Virus record (IMG/VR): IMGVR_UViG_3300009008_000003
Direction: 5' to 3' (one strand)
Source of the DNA: a virus
DNA length: 64,000 nucleotides
Shown: in pieces, positions 1-8,764 of the stretch
Layout of the letters: each line of letters opens with the position of its first letter
Numbering within the stretch: the stretch's first letter is position 1
Translations under genes and position numbers: made by a program
Notes under the pieces: model-generated
What the model was told of the DNA's origin: nothing
The model's database searches: none
Seen by the model: the letters and a program-made list of their open reading frames with translations, nothing else

Positions 1-1
1 T

Positions 2-336
2 CTCGGCGCTAGCCTTTTTATACCATCTAGTTCTACCCGATATCGGGCAAATTATAAGTATGAAAGAGCCTATACTAACAACTACAGTAGACCAACAACT
101 TCTTTCAGTGATCACATGAAAGACATAGGCGGCGTTAATATAAAAACTAAGGCGGACGCTAAAAGGGCGTATATAGACGCAGCTAAAAAATATCATCCGG
201 ATATTAACAAAGATCCAAATGCAACAAAGAAAATGCAAAAAATAAATGATGCTTGGAAAAAGCACAAGAGCATCCGGAGTTTAGCAAGCTTGCTTTTTTA
301 TTTAATAATAACCTTAAAACTTTAGGATTCAAATAA
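2..336 (+). CDS. J-domain (DnaJ-like) protein, 5'-truncated by window edge, apparent 1-nt frameshift at A5 run 257-261
   Basis: The frame is open from base 2 and contains AKRAYIDAAKKYHPDINKDPNATKKMQKINDAW (HPD motif). One extra A gives ...AWKKAQEHPEFSKLAFLFNNNLKTLGFK*, whose TAA (334-336) overlaps the next ATG. Confidence 0.8.
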
Positions 337-1019
337 TGTGGGCTCCAGTAAAATCTAAAACGCCAGAAGAGCATTATTCCCTGAAGGGGTACGGCAAAGA
401 AACTGTCAATAGAGCCCTAGCCGCGGGTGCAGGAGCTCTAGCAGGAGGCTTGCCGATAGGGTTAGCTGCTAGAGTAATAACCAGTAAAATGAAGAATCCA
501 GGACTTCGGGTAGCTTATACGACACTGGGAGCTACCATTGCAGGCGCTGCTGCGGGATTAGGAATAGCGGAATACAAGGCTACTAAAAAAGGTAATGAGG
601 CCTCCAATTCCAAACCCTATACAAAAACTACCCATGCTTTAAGAGCTGCTGGAACCTTAGCAGCTGGTACCCCGGGTGCTTTACTAACAAAACATTATTT
701 AAAACATAGACCCAAGACCTTCAAACCATTTTTACTTTCTTCAGCTGCTACTTTAGCTCCGGCCTTAGCCGCGGACTACTATATAAGAAAACACGCTGCT
801 TACTTTAATTCACAAAATATAGCAGCGCTTAAAGGCAGTAGAATATTTAAAGGGTTTGAAAAGATTCCGCATACAACAAAAGATCCAAATTTAATAAGGT
901 CGCGATCCCGCGCCGCTTCGGCTGGAAAATTTACTAATTTATATTCTACACGTAAATTAACCGGAAATGCGCCGCTAGGGGTAGAGGCTTTGAACTTGAC
1001 AGCTATATTTAAGAAATAA
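336..1019 (+). CDS. Basic Gly/Ala-rich hypothetical protein with hydrophobic GxxxG segments (putative head-internal/ejected protein)
   Basis: 227-aa ORF; composition and position in the head-gene region only. Confidence 0.55.
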   Translation: MWAPVKSKTPEEHYSLKGYGKETVNRALAAGAGALAGGLPIGLAARVITSKMKNPGLRVAYTTLGATIAGAAAGLGIAEYKATKKGNEASNSKPYTKTTHALRAAGTLAAGTPGALLTKHYLKHRPKTFKPFLLSSAATLAPALAADYYIRKHAAYFNSQNIAALKGSRIFKGFEKIPHTTKDPNLIRSRSRAASAGKFTNLYSTRKLTGNAPLGVEALNLTAIFKK

Positions 1020-1030
1020 TAGGACAAAAT

Positions 1031-1435
1031 ATGTTAAAAGAACTAGGATTTGAAAAGACGGCTCGATTACAAATGAGTGATATAGAGCGTAATATTGGTA
1101 CTTACTTTTCGGATAAGCAAGAGCCTCTTGTGCGCAGACTAATACAAGAGCAGCGCGACAAACGAGTTGCTTTGAAACACCCGGTAGCCACGGGTATAGC
1201 TACACTTGGTATTGCTCCTGCTGTTGCAAAGTCAAAGGCAGTAAATGAAGTAACCAGAAAGCTTTTGAGAAATGACGTAGTGCTCAGGAATTATTATGGA
1301 AAAAGAAAAGAGACTAGACGAAATAGGGAACTAGAATTATATCGTCTACGAACAGAGCGAGACAGGGCAAATCAATATAGACATGCCGCCTCACAGCTGG
1401 GCCAGGCATATGTGGCAGGTAAATTATGGCATTAG
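1031..1435 (+). CDS. Basic hypothetical protein with MLKELGFEKTA leader
   Basis: 134-aa ORF with AGGA upstream; leader shared with the 4690 ORF. Confidence 0.6.
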   Translation: MLKELGFEKTARLQMSDIERNIGTYFSDKQEPLVRRLIQEQRDKRVALKHPVATGIATLGIAPAVAKSKAVNEVTRKLLRNDVVLRNYYGKRKETRRNRELELYRLRTERDRANQYRHAASQLGQAYVAGKLWH

Positions 1436-1446
1436 AATACCGATAG

Positions 1447-1953
1447 ATGAGTACTATGCCAACTAAAGATTTGTTAGACAAACTAGAAGATATTTTGAAG
1501 GTTGTTGGTAAGTTACACGAAGGACAACAGGCACACTCTGCCCAGTTGGCCTCAAACGAAGCCGCTATCCAGGCTACTTCTCAAAAGGTGGAAGCAACTA
1601 AAAAAGAACTAAAAGAAGTTGTAGAGAATAAAACCGGGATATTGGAAGGAAAGCTCGAAACAACTAACGAGCGAGTAGAGTTATATAAGAATGACGGGCG
1701 TAATAAAGTTAAAGGTCTCTGGGCTCTTTTAATTATTATATTATCTACAATTGGTACTTTATGGGCGTACTCGCTGAGTACAAGCGATCACACACATAAT
1801 AATACCGCGGTATTGGCAGGTATTCAAGCTACGATTGATTCAGAACACGAAGCCATTAGAAATGAAATTGGCATAGGCACCAAACTAGACACTCTTATTA
1901 GTTTAACCAGGGAAAATCCAAATGTCACAGATGAAGACTTGTCTACTGATTGA
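1447..1953 (+). CDS. Coiled-coil protein with one predicted transmembrane helix
   Basis: Heptad-like N-terminal half, then the hydrophobic stretch GLWALLIIILSTIGTLWAYSL. Confidence 0.6.
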   Translation: MSTMPTKDLLDKLEDILKVVGKLHEGQQAHSAQLASNEAAIQATSQKVEATKKELKEVVENKTGILEGKLETTNERVELYKNDGRNKVKGLWALLIIILSTIGTLWAYSLSTSDHTHNNTAVLAGIQATIDSEHEAIRNEIGIGTKLDTLISLTRENPNVTDEDLSTD

Positions 1954-2518
1954 AATCGTTGACTTTACAAAGTTATGCGAGGAGAATATAGACAACGCCA
2001 GACATGCACAGGAGTTTTTATTTGGGGAAGAAGAAGGTTTGGTAGTTTCTATGTGCGTCGATAAAAGCGTACCTTCAACTGCTCCCGGGAATGCGCACTT
2101 GTACTTATTTGATAAGCCATTATGTGCGGTACATTGTGCCATAGATTTATTGTCAGATATTCGCAAGCACAATGCTAAAGATATCAACAAAGAATTTTTA
2201 GTGCATATAGCGCTTACGTATGGCGAGGTTTTTGAAGCTTCTGAAGGGGTCTGGACAGGCGCTTGTATAGATAACGCTTTTTCTATTATGAAAGATGCTT
2301 TACCAAATTATATTTTAGTAGATCATATGGTTTATTTGAATCTTAAGAACCAACCAATAGATTTTAGACTTGTTACGCCTGATAATGGCGCACCACAAGA
2401 GTACCCAGACGCTATTTACAGTATACGGACAAATGAGGTCATAAATGGAAGACTATCCCGCCGAATAGATGAGCTCGGCATAAAAATTAATTCCCTTAGC
2501 GAAAAGATTAATATATAA
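1922..2518 (+). CDS. Degenerate class III nucleotidyl (adenylate/guanylate) cyclase-like domain protein
   Basis: LLIEIVDFTKL...PGNAHLYLF...AVHCAIDL...VHIALTYGEV...GACIDNAFSIMKDALPNYILVD follows the class III cyclase pattern with catalytic positions substituted. Start may be the ATG at 1931. Confidence 0.6.
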   Translation: MSQMKTCLLIEIVDFTKLCEENIDNARHAQEFLFGEEEGLVVSMCVDKSVPSTAPGNAHLYLFDKPLCAVHCAIDLLSDIRKHNAKDINKEFLVHIALTYGEVFEASEGVWTGACIDNAFSIMKDALPNYILVDHMVYLNLKNQPIDFRLVTPDNGAPQEYPDAIYSIRTNEVINGRLSRRIDELGIKINSLSEKINI

Positions 2519-2985
2519 TGAGCAGTGACAACACTATGGACTATTTGAAAGACCTGCAGAGACTAGATGAGTTAACCAAGCATATCGATGAGTTAACAAC
2601 CAAGGTTGATCGTGGACCAGACGGCTGGATTTATTATAAAGATGTTAATGGAAATGAAGATGGTACACGTAGCCGCACTCTTTTTCTTGACCCCCTATTT
2701 AAGGTTAGGGTTATGCTGATAGAAGGTAAAAAAGGATTTGTATCTAATTTCCATGATTATAGAGATTCCAGGGCTATAGGTATACTATTTGAAGGTATAC
2801 AAAGAATAGAGTATTTACAGGAAGATCGTGAAGGTGAGGTTTACAGATCTCCGTCGTATGTGTACTTGAGCCCGGGGGTATCGCATAGAAATATTGTAGA
2901 AGAAGATATGAGGGGTGTAGTGGTTACTATGCCAGCTATACTTGGTTACCACGCTGACCCAAAACCGCCTCAACAAGAAAATTAA
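2518..2985 (+). CDS. Cupin-like (double-stranded beta-helix) protein with N-terminal coiled coil
   Basis: FHDY...IGILFEG...YVYLSPGVSHR...GVVVTMP resembles the two cupin motifs. Confidence 0.5.
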   Translation: MSSDNTMDYLKDLQRLDELTKHIDELTTKVDRGPDGWIYYKDVNGNEDGTRSRTLFLDPLFKVRVMLIEGKKGFVSNFHDYRDSRAIGILFEGIQRIEYLQEDREGEVYRSPSYVYLSPGVSHRNIVEEDMRGVVVTMPAILGYHADPKPPQQEN

Positions 2986-2996
2986 GGACGAGAACG

Positions 2997-3497
2997 ATGA
3001 GCAGATTTAAGACACCGCCCGTAGATATAAATACTGTTGACCTTTATCACATCAAGGGGAATATAGTATTTTATAGACCTAATGGCGTAGCTGGAAAAGC
3101 TATACTATTATTTGCAAAAAAATACAGCCACACAGCTCTAATTCTGGACAAGGATCACGAGCTGGACGCCGAATGGAAGCGCGGAGTAACAATCAATGCT
3201 CCAGATTGGTCACGCAAGATTGACATGGTCAAGCTTCCGTTTGATAAGGTAGCGTATGACCTTACCTGGAAAAAGTACAAAGACGGCGGCTATGGCAAGC
3301 GCCAACTCTTTGGTATGGCATTCCGTAGGTGGCGTATTATTAGTACCAAGGGTGCGGTCTGCTCAGAGCTAATGGCCTTTTACCTGATGAATCATAGATG
3401 GATTAAAGAAAAGGGCATTAAACTTGACGAGAAGGATCCTAACTATTATACTCCATATATGGTTTACAAGTTAGCAAGAAAAATGAGAGATGCTTAA
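2997..3497 (+). CDS. Permuted papain-like NlpC/P60 (YiiX/C92-like) amidase/peptidase
   Basis: GNIVFY...YSHTAL (His) precedes VCSEL (Cys), the permuted order. Confidence 0.7.
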   Translation: MSRFKTPPVDINTVDLYHIKGNIVFYRPNGVAGKAILLFAKKYSHTALILDKDHELDAEWKRGVTINAPDWSRKIDMVKLPFDKVAYDLTWKKYKDGGYGKRQLFGMAFRRWRIISTKGAVCSELMAFYLMNHRWIKEKGIKLDEKDPNYYTPYMVYKLARKMRDA

Positions 3498-3726
3498 AAT
3501 GAATACATTTTTAGAATTATCGGAAACAAATCCGACCAAGGAACAGCTAAAGAAAAATGCTGCTCAATACCACGATACCTATCCAGAAGCTAGTCACGGG
3601 TTTGCTCACTTGACAACCTTTGATTTAATGGATGAAGCTGACCGCGATCACATGAGACTCGCGGCTAACAGGAAAGCTTCGGCTGGTCCAATAAGAAATC
3701 TAAAGGAGATCTTTAGAAATGGCTAA
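3490..3726 (+). CDS. Hypothetical protein
   Basis: 78-aa ORF overlapping both neighbours by 8 nt (translational coupling). Confidence 0.5.
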   Translation: MLKMNTFLELSETNPTKEQLKKNAAQYHDTYPEASHGFAHLTTFDLMDEADRDHMRLAANRKASAGPIRNLKEIFRNG

Positions 3727-4030
3727 CACATATTGGGAGTTAATGACCAAGGAAGCCGCTCCTGTCGGTCACCCCTTTTCCAAGACCTTTAGCGAAGAAG
3801 CTCGTGGAGCTTTCGGAAAAGCTACCACTACAGCAAAGCCGGGGGTACATCCATTTAGAGCAGCTGTTCCAAATCCAAATCTAAGTGATTTGTTCGGAAA
3901 AGCAAAACCGCGAAAATGGAAAGGTAAGCTAGGACTTGCAGGCCTCGGTTTGGGTATTGGAGCAGGCTTAATTGGCTTAAATAGTTATGCAAAGGGACAG
4001 CGTGAAGACTATAATAAGAGAGTTTTCTGA
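3719..4030 (+). CDS. Basic hypothetical protein with TYWELMTKEAA leader and C-terminal Gly-rich hydrophobic segment
   Basis: Leader shared with the 8754 ORF; GLAGLGLGIGAGLIGL segment. Confidence 0.6.
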   Translation: MANTYWELMTKEAAPVGHPFSKTFSEEARGAFGKATTTAKPGVHPFRAAVPNPNLSDLFGKAKPRKWKGKLGLAGLGLGIGAGLIGLNSYAKGQREDYNKRVF

Positions 4031-4370
4031 TTCCAAACAAACGCTTACTAAGTTAGGATTCTTGGGTATGCCTAATCCTATCTTTGGTAATTCTCGTTAT
4101 CAGGTTAAGAGTCATCTTGACCTGATAACAGAATTTAAAACCCAAAGACGCATGGCAATGGATGATGGTAGATTCAGGGATGTTGGAAAAATAGACAAAA
4201 ACATAGCCAAGACTCGTAAGAAATATGTGCGTAAATTAGAAGGCTGGAGACGAAGTAAGAGGCTAATGAAAAGTTGGGCCCCATGGACTGCTGGTATTGA
4301 AGCACCAATGGCTGTTCATGAAATAGGTAAAGCTATGAAAGCATCTAGATTAGGAGCAATAAGGTTATGA
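3987..4370 (+). CDS. Basic hypothetical protein; start uncertain (possibly ACG at 4041)
   Basis: ACG-CTT-ACT-AAG-TTA-GGA-TTC (TLTKLGF) aligns with the MLKxLGF leaders at 1031 and 4690. Confidence 0.5.
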   Translation: MQRDSVKTIIREFSDSKQTLTKLGFLGMPNPIFGNSRYQVKSHLDLITEFKTQRRMAMDDGRFRDVGKIDKNIAKTRKKYVRKLEGWRRSKRLMKSWAPWTAGIEAPMAVHEIGKAMKASRLGAIRL

Positions 4371-4690
4371 TATATTATCAACCACAAGTAGTGCAAGAAT
4401 ATCAAAGAGCACTGCCGCCTCATTACGAGACAGTATTATCTAAATTGGCTTCTAACCCGGTACTAATGACTCTTTTAGGAGCATTAATTGGGCAGTACAA
4501 AATGGATAGGCACCCCGTAAAAGGCGGCATGGCCGGTCTAGCTACAAGTCTTTTCTGGAATATAATAAAAAAGAAACAAGAGTCACAACCAGAGCAAGTA
4601 CCACCTCAACCTGTGATATATAATCCACAAGCGCAAATGCCCGTAAGTATTTTTCCACAACCGCCACAACATCGTAGGTACGGTAGATAA
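4367..4690 (+). CDS. Hypothetical protein, Gln/Pro-rich C-terminus, SKLAS motif
   Basis: 107-aa ORF coupled to both neighbours. Confidence 0.55.
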   Translation: MIYYQPQVVQEYQRALPPHYETVLSKLASNPVLMTLLGALIGQYKMDRHPVKGGMAGLATSLFWNIIKKKQESQPEQVPPQPVIYNPQAQMPVSIFPQPPQHRRYGR

Positions 4691-5412
4691 TGTTAAAGAA
4701 ACTTGGATTTTCTAGCAAAGCAGGGTATATAATTGGAGGAGCTGTAGGCGCTCCTGCACTTCTTAGTGGCTTTAATAAAGTTACTGGCGGTGGTAAAGAA
4801 TTAACGAGGTATGTACAGAAAGCAGATCCAGAATTCTCAACCTCTGCTTATGCACCGATAAATTATGTCAACAAGAAATATACAGAGAAACCTAAATCAG
4901 CTTTAATTGCTTCAGCTATTACTGGCGGTCTTTTGGGTTCTGCGCTGGATAAGCACATCAAAGCTACAGCTGCCGGCGAGGTTTTGGTAAATCCAAATAC
5001 TATATTAAGAATTAGAAATAAGAAGATCACAAAGGATTACTTAAAACGTATAAATAAGCTTTCTGGGCCAAAAGGATATATGAGAGGAGTAGGAGCTCTA
5101 GCTACATTAGGAGTATTAGCTGGGGTAGGAACTGGCATTGAAGACAAACCCAATAAAAAGAATTTAGCTTTAGCATCCGTAGGTGCGGGTACTGCAGTGG
5201 GCGGATTATATGCAGCCAACCTAAGAAAATCTCATACATTTAGTAAGCTTAAATTACGCCCTAGAGTATTGGCCTCAAAACTTAAATATCGCCCAGTGCT
5301 GGTCGGCGCTACAGCCGCGGCCGGTGCTCTAATGCCTATATTGGGGCATAGTGTACCAAAACTAGAAAGAGCATTGAAGAGCAATGGAAAAAAAATTACT
5401 AATACCACATAA
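4690..5412 (+). CDS. Basic Gly/Ala-rich hypothetical protein with MLKKLGF leader and several hydrophobic GxxxG segments
   Basis: 240-aa ORF; composition resembles 336-1019. Confidence 0.6.
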   Translation: MLKKLGFSSKAGYIIGGAVGAPALLSGFNKVTGGGKELTRYVQKADPEFSTSAYAPINYVNKKYTEKPKSALIASAITGGLLGSALDKHIKATAAGEVLVNPNTILRIRNKKITKDYLKRINKLSGPKGYMRGVGALATLGVLAGVGTGIEDKPNKKNLALASVGAGTAVGGLYAANLRKSHTFSKLKLRPRVLASKLKYRPVLVGATAAAGALMPILGHSVPKLERALKSNGKKITNTT

Positions 5413-6301
5413 GCGCTACATTCAAGTTTTGATGGTTGGAGGTTTATCTTCTCAGGCCATAATCTATGATCTAAATCAAATGAACTTGCCTATACCCCAC
5501 CCGGCAGGTTTAATCCAAAATTTATATAAAGACTTGTATAATACCAACCCTGATCATTTTGATGAGGGGGACAAAGATAAGCCAGATATGAGCTGGCTAG
5601 AAAAACTGGGACTTGATTCTTTGTTCGCTTATAAGTTTAATAAGGGGTGTAAAAAAATGGACCCGGGAATAAAGGGAGCTTTTAAGATCCTGGAAGATCC
5701 ACTGATGCGCCGGGCTATTCAATCACTTGCGTTCGCGAAGGTTACGAACGAAGACATCGAACTTATCGTCAACGGTAAGTTTGACATAGGCTATGCCACT
5801 GAAGATTTTGAAGCCTTCCTCAAATACTTCTTCGATGTGCATGATTGGAACTACAACGAGCGTGTAGAATTTATCCAATTTGAGCAGTCTTCGGACAATA
5901 AACGTTTTTACAAGCTCGCCCTAGATGGCGATAAACCCTACCTCATGTGGAAATTAGGTCTCTCCCCAAGCCGAAGTTTTGACGACATGTTAAGGGAAAT
6001 GTTCAATGATTCGTTCTATAATTTTAAAGAACGTTCACGACATGACCCAGAACTTGCCCAGAGGTGGGGCACCCTCGCCGTTAAACTATCTGACAAGCTA
6101 GATAAACTAGACAAGGACGATCTAGACAGGGAAGAACTTTTCCAGAATTTAGAATTTGATACTGATTCATTTGAAAATAGGGAACAAACTTTCCCAGGCG
6201 CCGAAGAAATAGAAGGAGCACCTACTTCGGATGATTTAGAAATAGACGATAGTATTAGTATAGAAGATTTAATAGAACGAGGGCAGCTGCCGGATGAGTA
6301 A
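5384..6301 (+). CDS. Helical hypothetical protein with acidic tail (candidate terminase small subunit, unproven)
   Basis: 305-aa ORF two genes upstream of terL; no diagnostic motif recognised. Confidence 0.45.
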   Translation: MEKKLLIPHKRYIQVLMVGGLSSQAIIYDLNQMNLPIPHPAGLIQNLYKDLYNTNPDHFDEGDKDKPDMSWLEKLGLDSLFAYKFNKGCKKMDPGIKGAFKILEDPLMRRAIQSLAFAKVTNEDIELIVNGKFDIGYATEDFEAFLKYFFDVHDWNYNERVEFIQFEQSSDNKRFYKLALDGDKPYLMWKLGLSPSRSFDDMLREMFNDSFYNFKERSRHDPELAQRWGTLAVKLSDKLDKLDKDDLDREELFQNLEFDTDSFENREQTFPGAEEIEGAPTSDDLEIDDSISIEDLIERGQLPDE

Positions 6302-7217
6302 AATTATTTTACCTTCTGCGGCTATTTTAGGAACCGGTGTTGGAACTGCACTGGGGAATAGGTTTTTTGTTGACAGGTATAACAAGAAGCACGGTCCGAA
6401 GTCTTTCACTGAATTACAGAAACAGTATAAAGACGTTAAACCGGGCGATGTTTTAATGGTGCGTGATTCTCATATGAGAGGGCCATCACACACCGCCGTG
6501 GTTTCTAGTAAGAATAGAATCACGGAAGTATTAGTCCCACAAAGGCATAAAGAGGTAGTTAGGTCTACAACACTTAATAAGTTCCTTAAAGATAGAGCGA
6601 TTAAAGATGGTCAATTTATTCCTGATCAGGCTATCAAATTTTCAGATGCTTTTCGTCCAGAAAAAGTGAATAAGTCTAAACTCAAGCGCTTGTCGGATAG
6701 TATGGTATCAAAAGGCAAGGAGTTCAAAGTTAAATATGACCCTTTGGCTAACATAGTATACAATACTACCCTGGAAGGGGTTGAAAAGGCTAAAGCGACT
6801 TGTGTATCTTTTACTAATAGTTTATTGCGAGAAGCGGGCGCTAAGACGCCAAAGAAAGCTCCAGTGTTTCCAAGGTCTTCTGTAAAGGGCTTGAACAAAA
6901 TAACAAAAATTAAGGCAAGAGAAGCTTATACTGCGCCTCTTGGTATGATGACTGCGGCAGCAGGAGTGATAGCCTTAGCTAAAGGCAAAAAGAAAATAGG
7001 ATTACCCCTTATGGCCGCAGGCGTATTAGCCAATGCTGTTCCTGTTACTAGGGATGCAGATAATTATATATCCAGTACAGCCACCAGGATGGTAGGCCGT
7101 AACCTAAAACATACATTTTCTACTAATAAAAAGGACCAGCCTAATCTAGATATGGGCATAGGCGCTACTGCGCTTGGTGTTCCTTCTGCTTTAGGGATAG
7201 CAAAGTTACTAAAATGA
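6294..7217 (+). CDS. Second permuted NlpC/P60-like protein with hydrophobic Gly-rich termini
   Basis: VKPGDVLMV...PSHTAVV (His)...KYDP...ATCVSF (Cys)...LREAG. Confidence 0.6.
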   Translation: MSKIILPSAAILGTGVGTALGNRFFVDRYNKKHGPKSFTELQKQYKDVKPGDVLMVRDSHMRGPSHTAVVSSKNRITEVLVPQRHKEVVRSTTLNKFLKDRAIKDGQFIPDQAIKFSDAFRPEKVNKSKLKRLSDSMVSKGKEFKVKYDPLANIVYNTTLEGVEKAKATCVSFTNSLLREAGAKTPKKAPVFPRSSVKGLNKITKIKAREAYTAPLGMMTAAAGVIALAKGKKKIGLPLMAAGVLANAVPVTRDADNYISSTATRMVGRNLKHTFSTNKKDQPNLDMGIGATALGVPSALGIAKLLK

Positions 7218-8764
7218 GATCACCGCAGACGATTAAATTAAAAAAATCTCAACTAGTTGAGAGGTTATTTTACCTCAATGGCAATCCTTTGTCCTTGAAG
7301 GATTATCGTCATATGCGTCCCATTTACGACATGGATGATTCTAAACTAGTTATGCAGTTTGGAAGGCAGACTACGAAATCTTCTACTATGGCTAATATCA
7401 TGTTGGCTAATAGTATTATAAAAAACGGGTTTCACTCCATGTATGTATCTCCTACAGTGGACCAGACTAAGGTATTTTCAAATGATAGGCTAGCGCCGCT
7501 CATTGAAAGTTCCCCGTGGATTAAGAAAATGTATATTAGTTCCAAATTGGAGCAAAACGTTTTTCGTAAAAAACTATTGAATCAGTCAACAATGTATCTT
7601 AGATACGCACTTTTAAGTGCGGACAGGCTTCGTGGTTATTCGAACGACATGATTTTATATGATGAGGCACAGGATTTACTGCAGGACATAGTACCAATTG
7701 CAAACCAGTCCATGTCACGTTCTTTATACAAACGCGTAATGTTTGCTGGCACCCCTAAAAGAACTGTGGGTACTTTAGCATTCTATTGGGGCAAATCCAG
7801 TAAGAATGAGTGGATGCCAAAGTGTAGTCATTGTAATAAATACAACTATTTAGACGAAAAGAACATTGGTACTAAAGGTTTAATTTGTCGACACTGCGGC
7901 GGAGCTTTAAACCCAAATGATGGTTTGTGGGTTCGCACGGGCAAAAAAGATGCTGAGTATCAAGGTTTTAGAGTATCACAGCTTCAGTTCTTTGGCGCTC
8001 CTTGGGTTGATTGGAAAAATGATATCATAATCCCAATGGAGGATTATGGCGCTGCTCAATTCTATAACGAGGTTTTGGGCATTGCGCATGATGAAGGTGT
8101 AGCTCCTATTACAGAAGCTGAAATAAAAGCATGCTGCACCGGTGGACCAATGACAGACAAGCCTAATCAAGCTGATAAGAGTTACAAATATGCACTTGGT
8201 CTTGATTATGGTCCTGTTAACTCCAATGCCTCTTTTACATTACTTTCTGTAATGCATAAAATTCCAGGTAAAACAGATGTTGTTAAGGTTAGGTATTTAA
8301 AGAAATACGATGGCAAAGAAGCAGATTTTTCTTATATACATCAGGATATACCTAGACAATTTAATACTTGGAGAGCGACTATAGCCGGTACAGACTATGG
8401 TCTGGGCGAGGCGTCTAATTCAGAACTGCGAGACCGCCTGGGTGATGATAAGATTATAGCTTACCAACACTTAGGTACACAAAAAGACCGTATAAGATGG
8501 AACCAGCGTATGCGTGCTTATACACTTTCACGCAATACAGTAATGACACAGTTCTTTAACAAAATTAAAAAGAAGAAAATTATTTTTCCCCAATGGGAAG
8601 ATTTTAAACCATTTGCCAGAGATATCTTAGCAGTATCTATTGATTATGATGAAGATAAGGGCAAAATGGCATACATAAACTCAGAACCAGATGACGCTCT
8701 ACATTCTATGTTATACGGGGCTTTAGCGCTCGAGCTAGTGGAAGGAATGTCAGATGAGTACTAG
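7214..8764 (+). CDS. terL: Terminase large subunit (GpA-like, with Zn-finger)
   Basis: Walker A-like GRQTTKS, Walker B ILYDEAQD, CSHC...CRHC Zn-finger, nuclease-domain LGLDYG and PDDALHS. Confidence 0.88.
   Translation: MRSPQTIKLKKSQLVERLFYLNGNPLSLKDYRHMRPIYDMDDSKLVMQFGRQTTKSSTMANIMLANSIIKNGFHSMYVSPTVDQTKVFSNDRLAPLIESSPWIKKMYISSKLEQNVFRKKLLNQSTMYLRYALLSADRLRGYSNDMILYDEAQDLLQDIVPIANQSMSRSLYKRVMFAGTPKRTVGTLAFYWGKSSKNEWMPKCSHCNKYNYLDEKNIGTKGLICRHCGGALNPNDGLWVRTGKKDAEYQGFRVSQLQFFGAPWVDWKNDIIIPMEDYGAAQFYNEVLGIAHDEGVAPITEAEIKACCTGGPMTDKPNQADKSYKYALGLDYGPVNSNASFTLLSVMHKIPGKTDVVKVRYLKKYDGKEADFSYIHQDIPRQFNTWRATIAGTDYGLGEASNSELRDRLGDDKIIAYQHLGTQKDRIRWNQRMRAYTLSRNTVMTQFFNKIKKKKIIFPQWEDFKPFARDILAVSIDYDEDKGKMAYINSEPDDALHSMLYGALALELVEGMSDEY

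Noticed and set aside
1907-1953. Frameshift fusion of the TM coiled-coil protein to the cyclase-like domain
   Set aside because: No slippery or long homopolymer site, and a usable ATG exists at 1922/1931.
5388-5395. A8 tract at the 4690/5384 ORF overlap, where A7 would fuse the two ORFs
   Set aside because: ATG GAA AAA AAA TTA already gives a clean in-frame start, and the two proteins differ in character.
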